DNA from: an uncultured archaeon
GTDB lineage: Archaea; Iainarchaeota; Iainarchaeia; Iainarchaeales; GCA-2688035
Direction of reading: 5' to 3'
NCBI GenBank assembly: GCA_964354805.1
Contig: CAYHBD010000042.1
Span: forward strand, 18,038-82,037
DNA length: 64,000 nt
Positions within the stretch are counted from its first letter, which is position 1, and every line of letters begins with the position of its first letter. The translations under genes and the position numbers were made by a program. Of the stretch, positions 25,622 through 34,604 are shown piece after piece. The notes beneath the pieces are model-generated. The model did not search any database, was not told where the DNA came from, and saw only the letters and a list, made by a program, of their open reading frames with translations.

Positions 25622-26302
25622 ATGCAATGCATGCTTAATTTCACTTTGCAGGAAAAGGAAAAAGTGCTTTCTTTTTTGCGGCGCTTTCCTGCAAAGGAAA
25701 CAAAAACGCCTTTTGAGCTGTTCAGGTGCAGCATTGGGCAGAGCACTGTAACCTTGTACACTTCGGGCAAGCTGGTTGCGCAGGGAAATGACTGTGAGAA
25801 AGCCAAGGAAAAAATTCTGGATGCAGCAGGATTGGAGAAAGAGCTTGTGCTCGGAATTGATGAAACAGGCAGGGGCGAATCATTCGGGGCATTTGTTGTT
25901 GCAGCTGTTTTGGCTGATTCAAGCAAGATGCGGGAGCTGCGGGACAGCAAAAAGGTCAGTGACATTGAAGGGAAAAGGAAAATCGTTGAAAGGAATGCTT
26001 CGGCAATTGCTTTTTTTAAAATTGAAGCAAAAGAGCTGGATGAATTGAGGGCAAAAGGCATTAATTTGAATCAAATTGAGGTGCAGGCGATTAATGCATT
26101 CGCTGATTTTTTTTGGGCATCTGATAAAAAAATAAAAATTCTGGTTGACGGCTCTCCATTGAAAGGCAGCAGAAAAGGCATTCAGTTCATTGTAAAAGGC
26201 GATGACAGGAATGCTGTCATCGGAGCAGCAAGCGTTGTTGCAAAAAGTGAGAGGGAAAGAAGCGGTAGGGAGCAGAGGCTGAGCTGGGGAAAAAGAAATT
26301 AA
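25622..26302 (+). CDS. RNase HII/HIII-family ribonuclease with an RNase HIII-type N-terminal domain
   Basis: N-terminal: STVTLYTSGKLVAQG (as in RNase HIII ..vyqSGKvl.QG). Catalytic: LGIDETGRGESFGAFVVAAV..LRDSKK..ILVDG..IGAASVVAK. Confidence 0.55.
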   Translation: MQCMLNFTLQEKEKVLSFLRRFPAKETKTPFELFRCSIGQSTVTLYTSGKLVAQGNDCEKAKEKILDAAGLEKELVLGIDETGRGESFGAFVVAAVLADSSKMRELRDSKKVSDIEGKRKIVERNASAIAFFKIEAKELDELRAKGINLNQIEVQAINAFADFFWASDKKIKILVDGSPLKGSRKGIQFIVKGDDRNAVIGAASVVAKSERERSGREQRLSWGKRN

Positions 26303-26361
26303 AAGGCAAAAGCAAGGGAAAAAAAGCGGCAGGGAAAAGCATTTGCTTTGGGGAAGAAAAA

Positions 26362-27135
26362 ATGAAGAGGGCTGTTTTCTTTAAGTGCGTTTTGCGGCTG
26401 CGTGGAACCGCCTGCCTGGCTTTGTTGCTGATTGCAGCGTATTTTTTCCTCAGCAATGGCACTCTTTTTATTGAACGCAGTAGGCTGCTTTCTCTTGCAT
26501 TTAGTTTACAACAGCCTTGGAACGCTGTTTTCTACATGTTTGCCCATTTGAGTTTGCAGCACCTTGCGGTTAACGTGCTTTACGTTGTTTTCTTTGCAGC
26601 AATTGTTGAGCTGACTCTAACAACTGCTGATGTTTTGCTGATTTTCTTTTTCAGCGGCATTCTGACGGCAATTGTTTTTTCTGCCTTGAATCCAGGCACT
26701 AGCTTGGTTGGAGGCAGCGGTGCCGGCGCTGCTTTGCTGAGCAGCGCATTTCTGCTGGATTTGCGGAAAACGTTTATTGCATTGATTGCAATTGTAGCGC
26801 TTTTTTTGTTTTTGCCAGGTGCAATAAATTTTTTGCAGGAACAGCAGGAGGCAGCAATGGCTGCTAAAACAACTGAATTGCAGCGCACCCTGCAACAAGC
26901 TGTGCAGGAAGGGAAAAGCGAAGAGGCAGCGCAAATTGCTGCTGCTAAACTGGTTGCTGAAAAGGAATTGAGTGAATTCAAGGAAAGCAAGCAATTGGCT
27001 TTTAAAACAAAAACAGATTTATCTGTGCATGCCTTTGCTGCGGCAATCGGTGTTTGCTATGTCCTGTTGTTTAGGAGAAAAAAATTTATTGACAATGCAA
27101 AGCAATTGAATGCATTGCTTAAAAGAAAGAAATAG
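26362..27135 (+). CDS. rhomboid-family intramembrane serine protease with a coiled-coil insert or tail
   Basis: FAHLSLQHLAVNVL (the H..H..N motif), GGSGAGAALL (the GxSG motif), and multiple TM helices. Confidence 0.65.
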   Translation: MKRAVFFKCVLRLRGTACLALLLIAAYFFLSNGTLFIERSRLLSLAFSLQQPWNAVFYMFAHLSLQHLAVNVLYVVFFAAIVELTLTTADVLLIFFFSGILTAIVFSALNPGTSLVGGSGAGAALLSSAFLLDLRKTFIALIAIVALFLFLPGAINFLQEQQEAAMAAKTTELQRTLQQAVQEGKSEEAAQIAAAKLVAEKELSEFKESKQLAFKTKTDLSVHAFAAAIGVCYVLLFRRKKFIDNAKQLNALLKRKK

Positions 27136-27215
27136 CCTACCTCTGCCACTTTGATAAAAAAAGTTTTGTAATCGACCAAGTTGCTTCATCCAGCGAAAGC
27201 AGAAAATTAGCAACC

Positions 27216-27761
27216 CTACCTGCTTCCGTGGTAAACGATTGCGTGAGCCCGCTTTTCATCAGCAGCACTTAATTCAGTTTCTTCTTCATTTTCTTCTGGC
27301 AGCTCGTTTCCCTTTAATGCGGTCAACTGCTGTTTCAATGCTGCTATTTCAAGCGATGTGTTTTGCCTGAATTCCTCCAGGCCGCTCAGCTTTTGCTCAA
27401 GGTTTGCCCCGTTCAGTTTGTATGAAACAAATTTTGCGCCATTCATTTTTAGCAGAAGGCTTTCAAGCCTGTCAACCCTCTTGTTAAGCATCCTGGCTCT
27501 TTCCCTTTCAGCCATTTGCCGGAAATCGGGCTGTTCGGCTGAAACAAAAGCAGGCCTTATTTTGCCCTGCTGCAGCAATTGCTTGCTTGCGGCAATGTTT
27601 TTGTTGTTCTGCATTTGCTGCAAAAGCGCCCTGCTGTTTTCTTTGCCGCCAATTTCCCTCAGCAAAGCCTCTTCAATCTTTTTTGGCTTTGCAATGCTCA
27701 AAAAAATGTTGCCCAGGATAAGGGCTACAATCAGTATGCTCAGGAAAATTGTTACAAGCAT
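27216..27761 (-). CDS. N-terminally anchored coiled-coil protein
   Basis: The TM segment is MLVTIFLSILIVALILGNIFLSI. The rest is heptad-like and Q/L/E-rich. Confidence 0.5.
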   Translation of the reverse strand: MLVTIFLSILIVALILGNIFLSIAKPKKIEEALLREIGGKENSRALLQQMQNNKNIAASKQLLQQGKIRPAFVSAEQPDFRQMAERERARMLNKRVDRLESLLLKMNGAKFVSYKLNGANLEQKLSGLEEFRQNTSLEIAALKQQLTALKGNELPEENEEETELSAADEKRAHAIVYHGSR

Positions 27762-27908
27762 TCAGCACCAACCTGAATAGATTAGGGCAAAATTTGTTTT
27801 TTAATTCTTTTGCTGGCATGCTAACCAAAGCAAAAAATTATTAAAGAGTATCCTTGAAAATTCAGTAGAGAGACTGTTTAGACATTAGAGTATTAAATGT
27901 GAAAAAAG

Positions 27909-29234
27909 GTGCCATTAATGCCTGCTGCAATTGCAAAAAAGAAAAAAGGGAAAACAAAAAGCCCTGCTGTAAAAGAAAAGCCGATGAAGGAACAAAGGCT
28001 TGGCGAAGAGAAAACAGGGGAAAGGCAGGCTGCCCTAAAAGAAGCAATGGGAAGGGAAGAAAACGCTTTTGAACAAAAAGAAGCAATGAAAAAAGAAGAA
28101 AAGGCAGGGAAACAAGCAGGAAAAAAGAAAGCTGCAAAAAAACCAGTTGATGTCAAATTGGCTGCAGCTATTGCAATAATTGCGGTAATTTCAATTGCAG
28201 GCTTTTTTTTGAGCCAGCCCAGGCAAGCAGATGTGAACGATTTCTGGGAGTGGAATCAGCCAGCTGATGAAAAATTGAAGATGATAATCGTTTACAGCGA
28301 TAAATGCCCAGAATGCGAGGTAAATAATTCACTTCAAATCATGTTCTCAGAAAACGGCATCCCTTATTCCGTAAACAAATTCGAGCAGAACAGCGCTGAA
28401 GGGCAGAAAATTATAAACGAATTAGGCCTGATAAAGCTGCCTGCTTTTTTGATTGACGGCAGAACAATCAAAGACAGCTGGCAGGTGAAAACAAAAAGCG
28501 GCTCAGCGCCATTGAGGGACACGCTGCGTTTCTATGTAAGCAAAGGGCAGGCGAAATTTGAAAACGATGTCTTCATTTTCTATGAATTAAGTTTGGATAA
28601 CAGGCCGCATGTGAACATGCTGTTGACAGAGCCATGCGGCGGTGCTGGCAATGTTTTAGTGCAGTATTTCGCTGATCCATACGATCCGGCGACAATTGCA
28701 ACAAGCGCTGATATGGAAACCTTGCGGGAAATGTTTAGTGACTACAATGTTGAATTCGTGTACGGCTATCTGCCGACAACAGCTTCGGTAAGCATGCAGC
28801 AGATGTTCACCCAGGACACGATTGAAACAGCGGCAAAGCATTTAACTTGCGCAAGCAATTTTGGGGCTGAGAAATTCAATGCACTGCAGCAATCCTTTTA
28901 CAGCAAATACTGTGACGTAAATGCTGCAACTTACCGGGACAAACTATATAATTGCGCTGACGGCAACCGCTTTGGCGCGCCAATAAATGGTGATGAAGCA
29001 ATGGAAGGCATTGAACAGGTTGGATTGAAAAGCGACCTGCAATACAATTTATGCCTCTACAACTACAAAAACAGGTTTGATGCATCAAAGGCCCTGGCGG
29101 AAAAATGGCAGATTGACAAAAGCCCAACAATAGTTGTTAACTGCACTTTTGAAACACCAGTATCAATGGCCCACACAGTGATCTGTTCTTATATGCCGGA
29201 TGTTTTGGTCTGCAGAAATCCGAGAACCAGTTAA
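27909..29234 (+). CDS. membrane-anchored extracytoplasmic thioredoxin/DsbA-like protein
   Basis: A Lys-rich N-terminus, a TM segment (LAAAIAIIAVISIAGFFL), then IIVYSDKCPECE (CxxC) and a second Cys-containing DsbA-like half. Confidence 0.5.
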   Translation: MPLMPAAIAKKKKGKTKSPAVKEKPMKEQRLGEEKTGERQAALKEAMGREENAFEQKEAMKKEEKAGKQAGKKKAAKKPVDVKLAAAIAIIAVISIAGFFLSQPRQADVNDFWEWNQPADEKLKMIIVYSDKCPECEVNNSLQIMFSENGIPYSVNKFEQNSAEGQKIINELGLIKLPAFLIDGRTIKDSWQVKTKSGSAPLRDTLRFYVSKGQAKFENDVFIFYELSLDNRPHVNMLLTEPCGGAGNVLVQYFADPYDPATIATSADMETLREMFSDYNVEFVYGYLPTTASVSMQQMFTQDTIETAAKHLTCASNFGAEKFNALQQSFYSKYCDVNAATYRDKLYNCADGNRFGAPINGDEAMEGIEQVGLKSDLQYNLCLYNYKNRFDASKALAEKWQIDKSPTIVVNCTFETPVSMAHTVICSYMPDVLVCRNPRTS

Positions 29235-29282
29235 GCATCCTGGGCAATTTGCGAATTAATTCAATCGTTAATGATTTGCAGG

Positions 29283-29378
29283 TCAAGCAAAAATTTTGCT
29301 CCAGTTTCTCGGCTGCCTTCGCTGCCAAATGCCAACGCCATTCAGCAAAAAATTTTGCTCCAGTTTCTCGGCTGCCTT
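29283..29378 (-). repeat. tandem duplication (59-nt period) of the 3' end of the DHS paralog, including its stop codon
   Basis: tcaagcaaaaattttgctccagtttctcggctgcctt (29283..29319) vs tcagcaaaaaattttgctccagtttctcggctgcctt (29342..29378). Confidence 0.8.
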
Positions 29379-30376
29379 TTTCTCCAATCGCCTTTGTGGA
29401 AAACATAGCTTGCTATCAGCGGCAGAACGCTGGTTGCTTCAGCGTAAACCATTTGCTCCTGCTTTGCTTCAACCTTGCCCCAGCTGCTTGCCTCCTTGAA
29501 GGTTGAGCTGCTGCATCCGCCGTCCCTTACGTCTGCAACGGTTATCTGCACGCTGTATTTGTGCATTGGGACATTTTTTCCAAGGACCTCGGCGCAGATG
29601 ACAGTGTCCTGCGCAAAGTTTTTTGGAACTCCGCCCCCTACAATGAACAAGCCTGAAACAGGGGCCTGCATTTTTATTTTGGTCAATTCCATGAAATCCT
29701 TGACTGAATCAATTGCTATGTGCGCTTCTTTCCTTTGCCACTGGTGTGCAACCAATCCAAGGCCTGCGCTGCTGTCGCTAAAAGCAGGGCAGAATATCGG
29801 CACATTGTGCTTATATGCTGTCTGAATCAGCGAGCCTTTTTTCTTTGCATGTTTTTGGAGATATTTGCCCATTTCTGCAATGAATTCTCTTGAACTGTAA
29901 GGTATTGGCTCAAGTGCATCAGCAATCTTTTTAATTGCCATGTCACAGTGCTGCAATTGCTGTTCATCAATGTAAGTGTCATATATTCTGTCAATGTAAA
30001 GCCGCCTGAGCTTTCTGTCGTCAACGTGTGGGCTGCCTTTATAATGCCTGAAGCCGAGTGCTTCAAAGAAATCCATGTCAACGATTGTTGCGCCTGTTGC
30101 AACAATTGCGTCAACCATATTATACTTTACCAAGTCAGGGTAAATCTGCATGCATCCTGCAGCTGAGGTGCTGCCTGCAATGCAAAGGATTATGGTGCAG
30201 CCTTTGTCGGCAATCATTCTGTTGAAAATGTCTGCTGCATTCGCCACTTCCCTCGATGTGAAGGACATGTTTCGCATTGCGTTGATTATTGGCGTTGAAT
30301 CAAATTTGGTTATGTCAATGTGCTGGACAGGCTCACGCAGAAACTGCTTTTTCTCAGCCGCGTTTATTTTAGACAT
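29342..30376 (-). CDS. deoxyhypusine synthase paralog (DHS-like)
   Basis: CIAGSTSAAG..VATGATIVDMD..IVGGGVPKNF..DGGCSSSTFKEASSWGKV. ATG 30376 (MSKINAAEKK) is preferred over the track start at 30460. Confidence 0.8.
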   Translation of the reverse strand: MSKINAAEKKQFLREPVQHIDITKFDSTPIINAMRNMSFTSREVANAADIFNRMIADKGCTIILCIAGSTSAAGCMQIYPDLVKYNMVDAIVATGATIVDMDFFEALGFRHYKGSPHVDDRKLRRLYIDRIYDTYIDEQQLQHCDMAIKKIADALEPIPYSSREFIAEMGKYLQKHAKKKGSLIQTAYKHNVPIFCPAFSDSSAGLGLVAHQWQRKEAHIAIDSVKDFMELTKIKMQAPVSGLFIVGGGVPKNFAQDTVICAEVLGKNVPMHKYSVQITVADVRDGGCSSSTFKEASSWGKVEAKQEQMVYAEATSVLPLIASYVFHKGDWRKRQPRNWSKIFC

Positions 30377-30499
30377 TTTTATCCCTAAAACCATAAGTGC
30401 AAATAGCATAAATAAGTTTTGTTGGGGGAATTGCACTGATTGGGAATTCAAAAAAACCAAAAATTCTTTTTTTAACCCTTTTCAACAACTATTTCCGTT

Positions 30500-31567
30500 A
30501 TGCCTGCGAATGTCACTATTGAATTCGAGAAAGCAAGGCTGAGCTATCAGGCTGCCACTTCCCCAGAAGCAAAACTTGAGGCCCTGCTTGCAATGCAGAG
30601 CGGTGCGCCAGCGCACAAGGGCGGCGAGAACCTGAGGAGGGACATCAGCAAAAAAATTTCTTTGCTGCGAAAAGAGATTGAGAAAAAAAAGAAGCAGGAA
30701 AAGAAGAAGGGCAGCGCTCCGAGCATTGCCGTGAAAAAAGAGGGCATTGGGCAGATTGTTCTGGTTGGCTTGCCGAATAGCGGCAAAAGCTGGCTGCTGA
30801 ACAAGCTGACCGGCGTTGATGTTGAGATTGCGCCATATCCTTTTACCACAAAAAAGCCTGTTGTAGGCATGATGGATTTTCAAGGTTCAAAGGTGCAGCT
30901 GGTTGAAGTTCCTGCATTGGTCAAGGGAAGCAGCAAGGGCAAGGCAAACGGCTTGCGGCTGCTTTCAATTGTGAGGAATGCAGACGCTGTTGTATTGCTC
31001 GCGAGAAGCAGGAGGGAAGAGCAAGTGCTCTTGCATGAGCTTGGCAATGTGAAGATTTTTTTGAACGAGAAAAAGCCGGCTATTGAAGTGCAGCTGTCGA
31101 AATTCAAGGGCATTGCAGTAGTGCACAAGCAAAACCTGAAAATAAAAGAGGTAGTGCTGCATGATTTTTTGCACGCAAGGGGAATGTTCAATGTGAGTGT
31201 TGTTTTGAACCAGCCTTTGCGCGATTTGCTGACTGTTGAAAGAGTGCTCGATGAAACAATCTCCTACAAGCCGAGCATTACCGTGGATGCTTTCGGTGAA
31301 ATAAATTTTGAAGAGCTGCACCAAAATATTTTCGGTCTGTTAAAAAAAATTTTGGTTTTCACGAAAAAGGCCGGGCAGCCGCCTGACATGAATGCGCCTC
31401 TTGCGCTGCATGCCGGCGCAACCGTTGCAGATGCTGCAAAAATGCTGCACAAGGACTTCGCTAATTTCAAGTTTGTCAGGGTCTGGGGCAGCAGCAAATT
31501 CCCAGGGCAAAGGGTCGAGCACAACTTTGAACTGCGCAACGGGGACATTATTGAAATTTGCGTTTGA
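30500..31567 (+). CDS. DRG/Rbg-type OBG-like GTPase with a TGS domain
   Basis: G1 is VGLPNSGKSWLL, then PYPFTTKKPVVG and VEVPAL. The C-terminal part is a TGS-like domain (..VWGSSKFPGQRV..L.NGDIIEI). Confidence 0.85.
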   Translation: MPANVTIEFEKARLSYQAATSPEAKLEALLAMQSGAPAHKGGENLRRDISKKISLLRKEIEKKKKQEKKKGSAPSIAVKKEGIGQIVLVGLPNSGKSWLLNKLTGVDVEIAPYPFTTKKPVVGMMDFQGSKVQLVEVPALVKGSSKGKANGLRLLSIVRNADAVVLLARSRREEQVLLHELGNVKIFLNEKKPAIEVQLSKFKGIAVVHKQNLKIKEVVLHDFLHARGMFNVSVVLNQPLRDLLTVERVLDETISYKPSITVDAFGEINFEELHQNIFGLLKKILVFTKKAGQPPDMNAPLALHAGATVADAAKMLHKDFANFKFVRVWGSSKFPGQRVEHNFELRNGDIIEICV

Positions 31568-31706
31568 ACAAGGCTGGCAGTAATGAGTTCCTGTTTGAAA
31601 AAAAGTGCTTTCTAAGGCTACGGCAGTGCAATTTAATGCCCCAAAGCCATAAAGAAACTAATATATACCCCATCGGATTTAATAGTTTCAAAAAAATGGG
31701 TTTGAA

Positions 31707-32168
31707 ATGAGTAGGTTAATTGTAGGCGTTACGTGTTTCATTGCTTTGGCTGTTTTTCTTAGCGGCTGCATTGACGGCAAGCAGATTCTATTCAAGGAAA
31801 TTCCGGGCGCCATTGTTCCATCACCTTGCGAGTCATTCGCCAGAGAGCATATATGTGCCTTGTTCAAGTGCATGGTTGACAGCTGCTGGTGCGATGAAGG
31901 CAGCATTCCAAGCCCGATTTTGGAGGAGCCCAGTGCTGTTGGCAGTTTTATTGGGGCAGGCACAGCCGCCATTAAAAGCGATCAGGACGCGATAGCAGCC
32001 GTCCAGCGGTATGTGCAAAGAACTGGTTCAGAGTACAGTGATGTCAGGAGGGCAGTGAAGCTGAATAATGTTTTCTGGAACGTGTTTGCATTCAATTCGG
32101 AAAACGATGAAACGGTTTTCACTGTTGCGGCAGACGGCACAATTCTGAAAACTGTTTGCGGTGTCTGA
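31707..32168 (+). CDS. lipoprotein with a PepSY-like C-terminal domain
   Basis: The signal plus lipobox-like sequence is ALAVFLSGC. The C-terminus DAIAAVQRYV..VFWNVFAF..VFTVAADGTILK follows the PepSY pattern. Confidence 0.5.
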   Translation: MSRLIVGVTCFIALAVFLSGCIDGKQILFKEIPGAIVPSPCESFAREHICALFKCMVDSCWCDEGSIPSPILEEPSAVGSFIGAGTAAIKSDQDAIAAVQRYVQRTGSEYSDVRRAVKLNNVFWNVFAFNSENDETVFTVAADGTILKTVCGV

Positions 32169-32249
32169 ATCCAACCAGCATAAAAAACCCGGCGCAGTTC
32201 TGCAAACCAAATAGAATAATTTAAATATTACAACGCGGTTGTAATTATT

Positions 32250-32924
32250 ATGAAATTGAAGATTTTGATTGCTCTTCTTGTTTTATGCACGCTGGTTCTC
32301 GGCGGCTGCCTGCAAAGCGAACAGGCAGGCGGTACAGGCGAGCCTGCTGGTGCTGCTGGTGAAGAGGCAAATGGCGCAAACGAGCCGGCTGGCGGTGCAG
32401 GCGAACAAACAGATGGCACTGCCGAAACACTTGGCGTTGGCGAGTGGGCTGTGGAAATAAAAAGCGCAATAACTTTGACACCTGAACACAAAATAACAGA
32501 AACGGTATACGAGGACCTTAAGTCCGTTGATGATGTCAGGTTTGAAATTACCAGTAATTGCGGGAAAACATCAGACAAGCTTTTCAAGTTCGAGCCTGAA
32601 CACAAAATAGTCATGAAAGTAGTGGATGCACAGGGGGAAAAGACAAAGTTTTATACTCATGCGTATAAGGAGGCTTCCAACAGGGAATTCGTTGACGAAA
32701 TGGAAGTAAAGATAAGGCTGTATCACCAAGACGTGCCAAGCTTTGCCTGGATGGATATCGGAGAGGACGGCTTCATAAGGGAGTCATACGAAGCTTACCC
32801 TTCAACTAACTCTTTTTACAATCCTGCAATAGCAGCAAATGCATCAGGCCTAAAGCTGAGGCTGGAAATTGTTGATACTGAAACAGGCCAGACACTCGCC
32901 TTCGGCGAGTACACTTTGGCATAG
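32250..32924 (+). CDS. lipoprotein, hypothetical
   Basis: MKLKILIALLVLCTLVLGGC is followed by a low-complexity G/A/E linker and then a beta-rich domain. Confidence 0.55.
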   Translation: MKLKILIALLVLCTLVLGGCLQSEQAGGTGEPAGAAGEEANGANEPAGGAGEQTDGTAETLGVGEWAVEIKSAITLTPEHKITETVYEDLKSVDDVRFEITSNCGKTSDKLFKFEPEHKIVMKVVDAQGEKTKFYTHAYKEASNREFVDEMEVKIRLYHQDVPSFAWMDIGEDGFIRESYEAYPSTNSFYNPAIAANASGLKLRLEIVDTETGQTLAFGEYTLA

Positions 32925-32990
32925 GGCAATCCCGAGAATTGAAGCCCGCCAGCCAAAAGCATTAAGCAATAATCTCTATACATTACAGTA

Positions 32991-33007
32991 GGCGATGATG
33001 AGGTTAA
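32991..33007 (+). repeat. truncated copy of the 5' end of the C/D sRNA (C box plus start of guide)
   Basis: ggcgATGATGAggttaa is identical to 34496..34512. I see no downstream C'/D boxes. Confidence 0.6.
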
Positions 33008-33056
33008 TCTCTTACTGGAGCAAGGCTTTAATATATGTGCAATTAATTGTTTTATT

Positions 33057-34355
33057 ATGAAAAGTGAAAAACTTATCTTATTTTCAGTTTGTATTGCAGT
33101 CTTTCTTATTTGTGGGTGCGTGAACCCGCCAAACAATGAGGTTTTGACTCCACCAGGCAAGGCCGTTTCTGTTTCTGATTTTGCAAAATGCCTTACTGAA
33201 AAAGGCGTGACGGTTTATGGTTTCGGCACTAGCTGGTGCACGTTTTGCACTGAACAGGAAAAAATGTTTGGCAATGCATGGAAAGACCTGAATTATATTG
33301 AGTGTTCAATATCCGAAAACTTTAATGAACAGAGCGAATTGTGCAACAAAGCGGGAATAAGGGGTTATCCTACTTGGGTGTTAAAGGGCGGCGAAAAAAT
33401 CGAAGGAACGTTTTCTTTTGACGTATTAAGCCAGCGAACCGGCTGCCCAGCGCCCACAATACCAAGTCAGCCTAACACAACAGACTTGAATAACGAAGTT
33501 CCTGTCGTAAATAACCAGCAATTAAAATTTGACGTAGTACAACCATTACCAGCGGGAACAGTAGGCGAGCAATACAATTATTCATTCTGCAAGCCAGACT
33601 TGACTTCAGCAAGCGACCTTTGCGCAGGAAGCGAAATAACAAATCCTTCGGGAGGAAACCCGCCATATCATTTTGTTCTGGATTCTGGAGCGTTTGCCCC
33701 AATGGGCCTTTCTTTAAACTTGAACGGGCTTTTGAGTGGAAAGCCCACAACCGAGGGAGAAAGCACTTTTAGTGTCTGTGCTGTTGACCAATCAGGCACG
33801 CAAACATGCAAGCAAGTCACATTAGGCATTAGTCAAGCTGTTGCAAAACCAGAAACTTGGACAGGCAAAATGACAGGCACTTATACAAGAGAATCTCTGC
33901 TTGGCGGCGGCGAGTACGGTTATGATTTTAGCGTGAGTTTTACTGTCCCAAAAAGCATAATTGCTAACTTCAAGGACCCGGCGAATACTGACGACTGGAT
34001 TGATATTAAAAAAACAAGCGGAACTATTGCTGAGACGACTACTGTCTTACAGCAGTTGGATACAACAAATAATCCCGGTGACTTAATGGTTGGAGGTTCA
34101 CTTAACGAACCAATTCAAGTAGGAGTTGCAGGAAGCGTTTACCAGGCAAACGGAATATTTTTTGTTTCACCGACTGGCAAAGAGCTTATTGCGGGTTATT
34201 TGCAAAGAGATGGCGCACCGTTTTCCGATAGTCGCTGGAGCGATATAAAGCTAACTGTTACTAATTACACTGACACAACCATTACAGGCACGTGGGGCAC
34301 AGGTTTGTTTGGGGAACTGGTAGCACACGGAACCTTCACTCTCAACAAGCAATAA
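33057..34355 (+). CDS. lipoprotein with a VKOR-associated-type thioredoxin-like domain and a putative Ig (He_PIG-like) domain
   Basis: Lipobox-like VFLICGC. Then VTVYGFGTSWCTFCTEQEKMFG..IECS..CNKAGIRGYPTW (CxxC Trx fold), and GGNPPYHFVLDSG..GLSLNLNGLLSGKPT. Confidence 0.6.
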   Translation: MKSEKLILFSVCIAVFLICGCVNPPNNEVLTPPGKAVSVSDFAKCLTEKGVTVYGFGTSWCTFCTEQEKMFGNAWKDLNYIECSISENFNEQSELCNKAGIRGYPTWVLKGGEKIEGTFSFDVLSQRTGCPAPTIPSQPNTTDLNNEVPVVNNQQLKFDVVQPLPAGTVGEQYNYSFCKPDLTSASDLCAGSEITNPSGGNPPYHFVLDSGAFAPMGLSLNLNGLLSGKPTTEGESTFSVCAVDQSGTQTCKQVTLGISQAVAKPETWTGKMTGTYTRESLLGGGEYGYDFSVSFTVPKSIIANFKDPANTDDWIDIKKTSGTIAETTTVLQQLDTTNNPGDLMVGGSLNEPIQVGVAGSVYQANGIFFVSPTGKELIAGYLQRDGAPFSDSRWSDIKLTVTNYTDTTITGTWGTGLFGELVAHGTFTLNKQ

Positions 34356-34495
34356 TAGGAAAATGCAAAAACTTCCAATACAAATGATGGTTAATAAAAG
34401 GATAAAAAGCGCCAATTGAAATCATCCTCAGACTCATCAAAAGCCAGAAAAAGTAAGGCATAAGAAAATAAATTGTAACACCTATAAGCTAAATT

Positions 34496-34557
34496 GGCGA
34501 TGATGAGGTTAACACCATCCGAGCGCAAGCTGTGAGGAGACAACTCAACACTGAGCC
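34496..34557 (+). ncRNA. C/D box sRNA
   Basis: GGCG-ATGATGA(C)-ggttaacaccat(12 nt)-CCGA(D')-GCGCAAGC-TGTGAGGA(C')-gacaactcaaca(12 nt)-CTGA(D)-GCC. The spacing is canonical for archaeal sRNAs, and GGC/GCC forms the terminal stem. Confidence 0.65.
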
Positions 34558-34604
34558 ACATTCGATTTCATTCCAAGATTTTTAGGCAGCCGTCTTTTAA
34601 TCGG

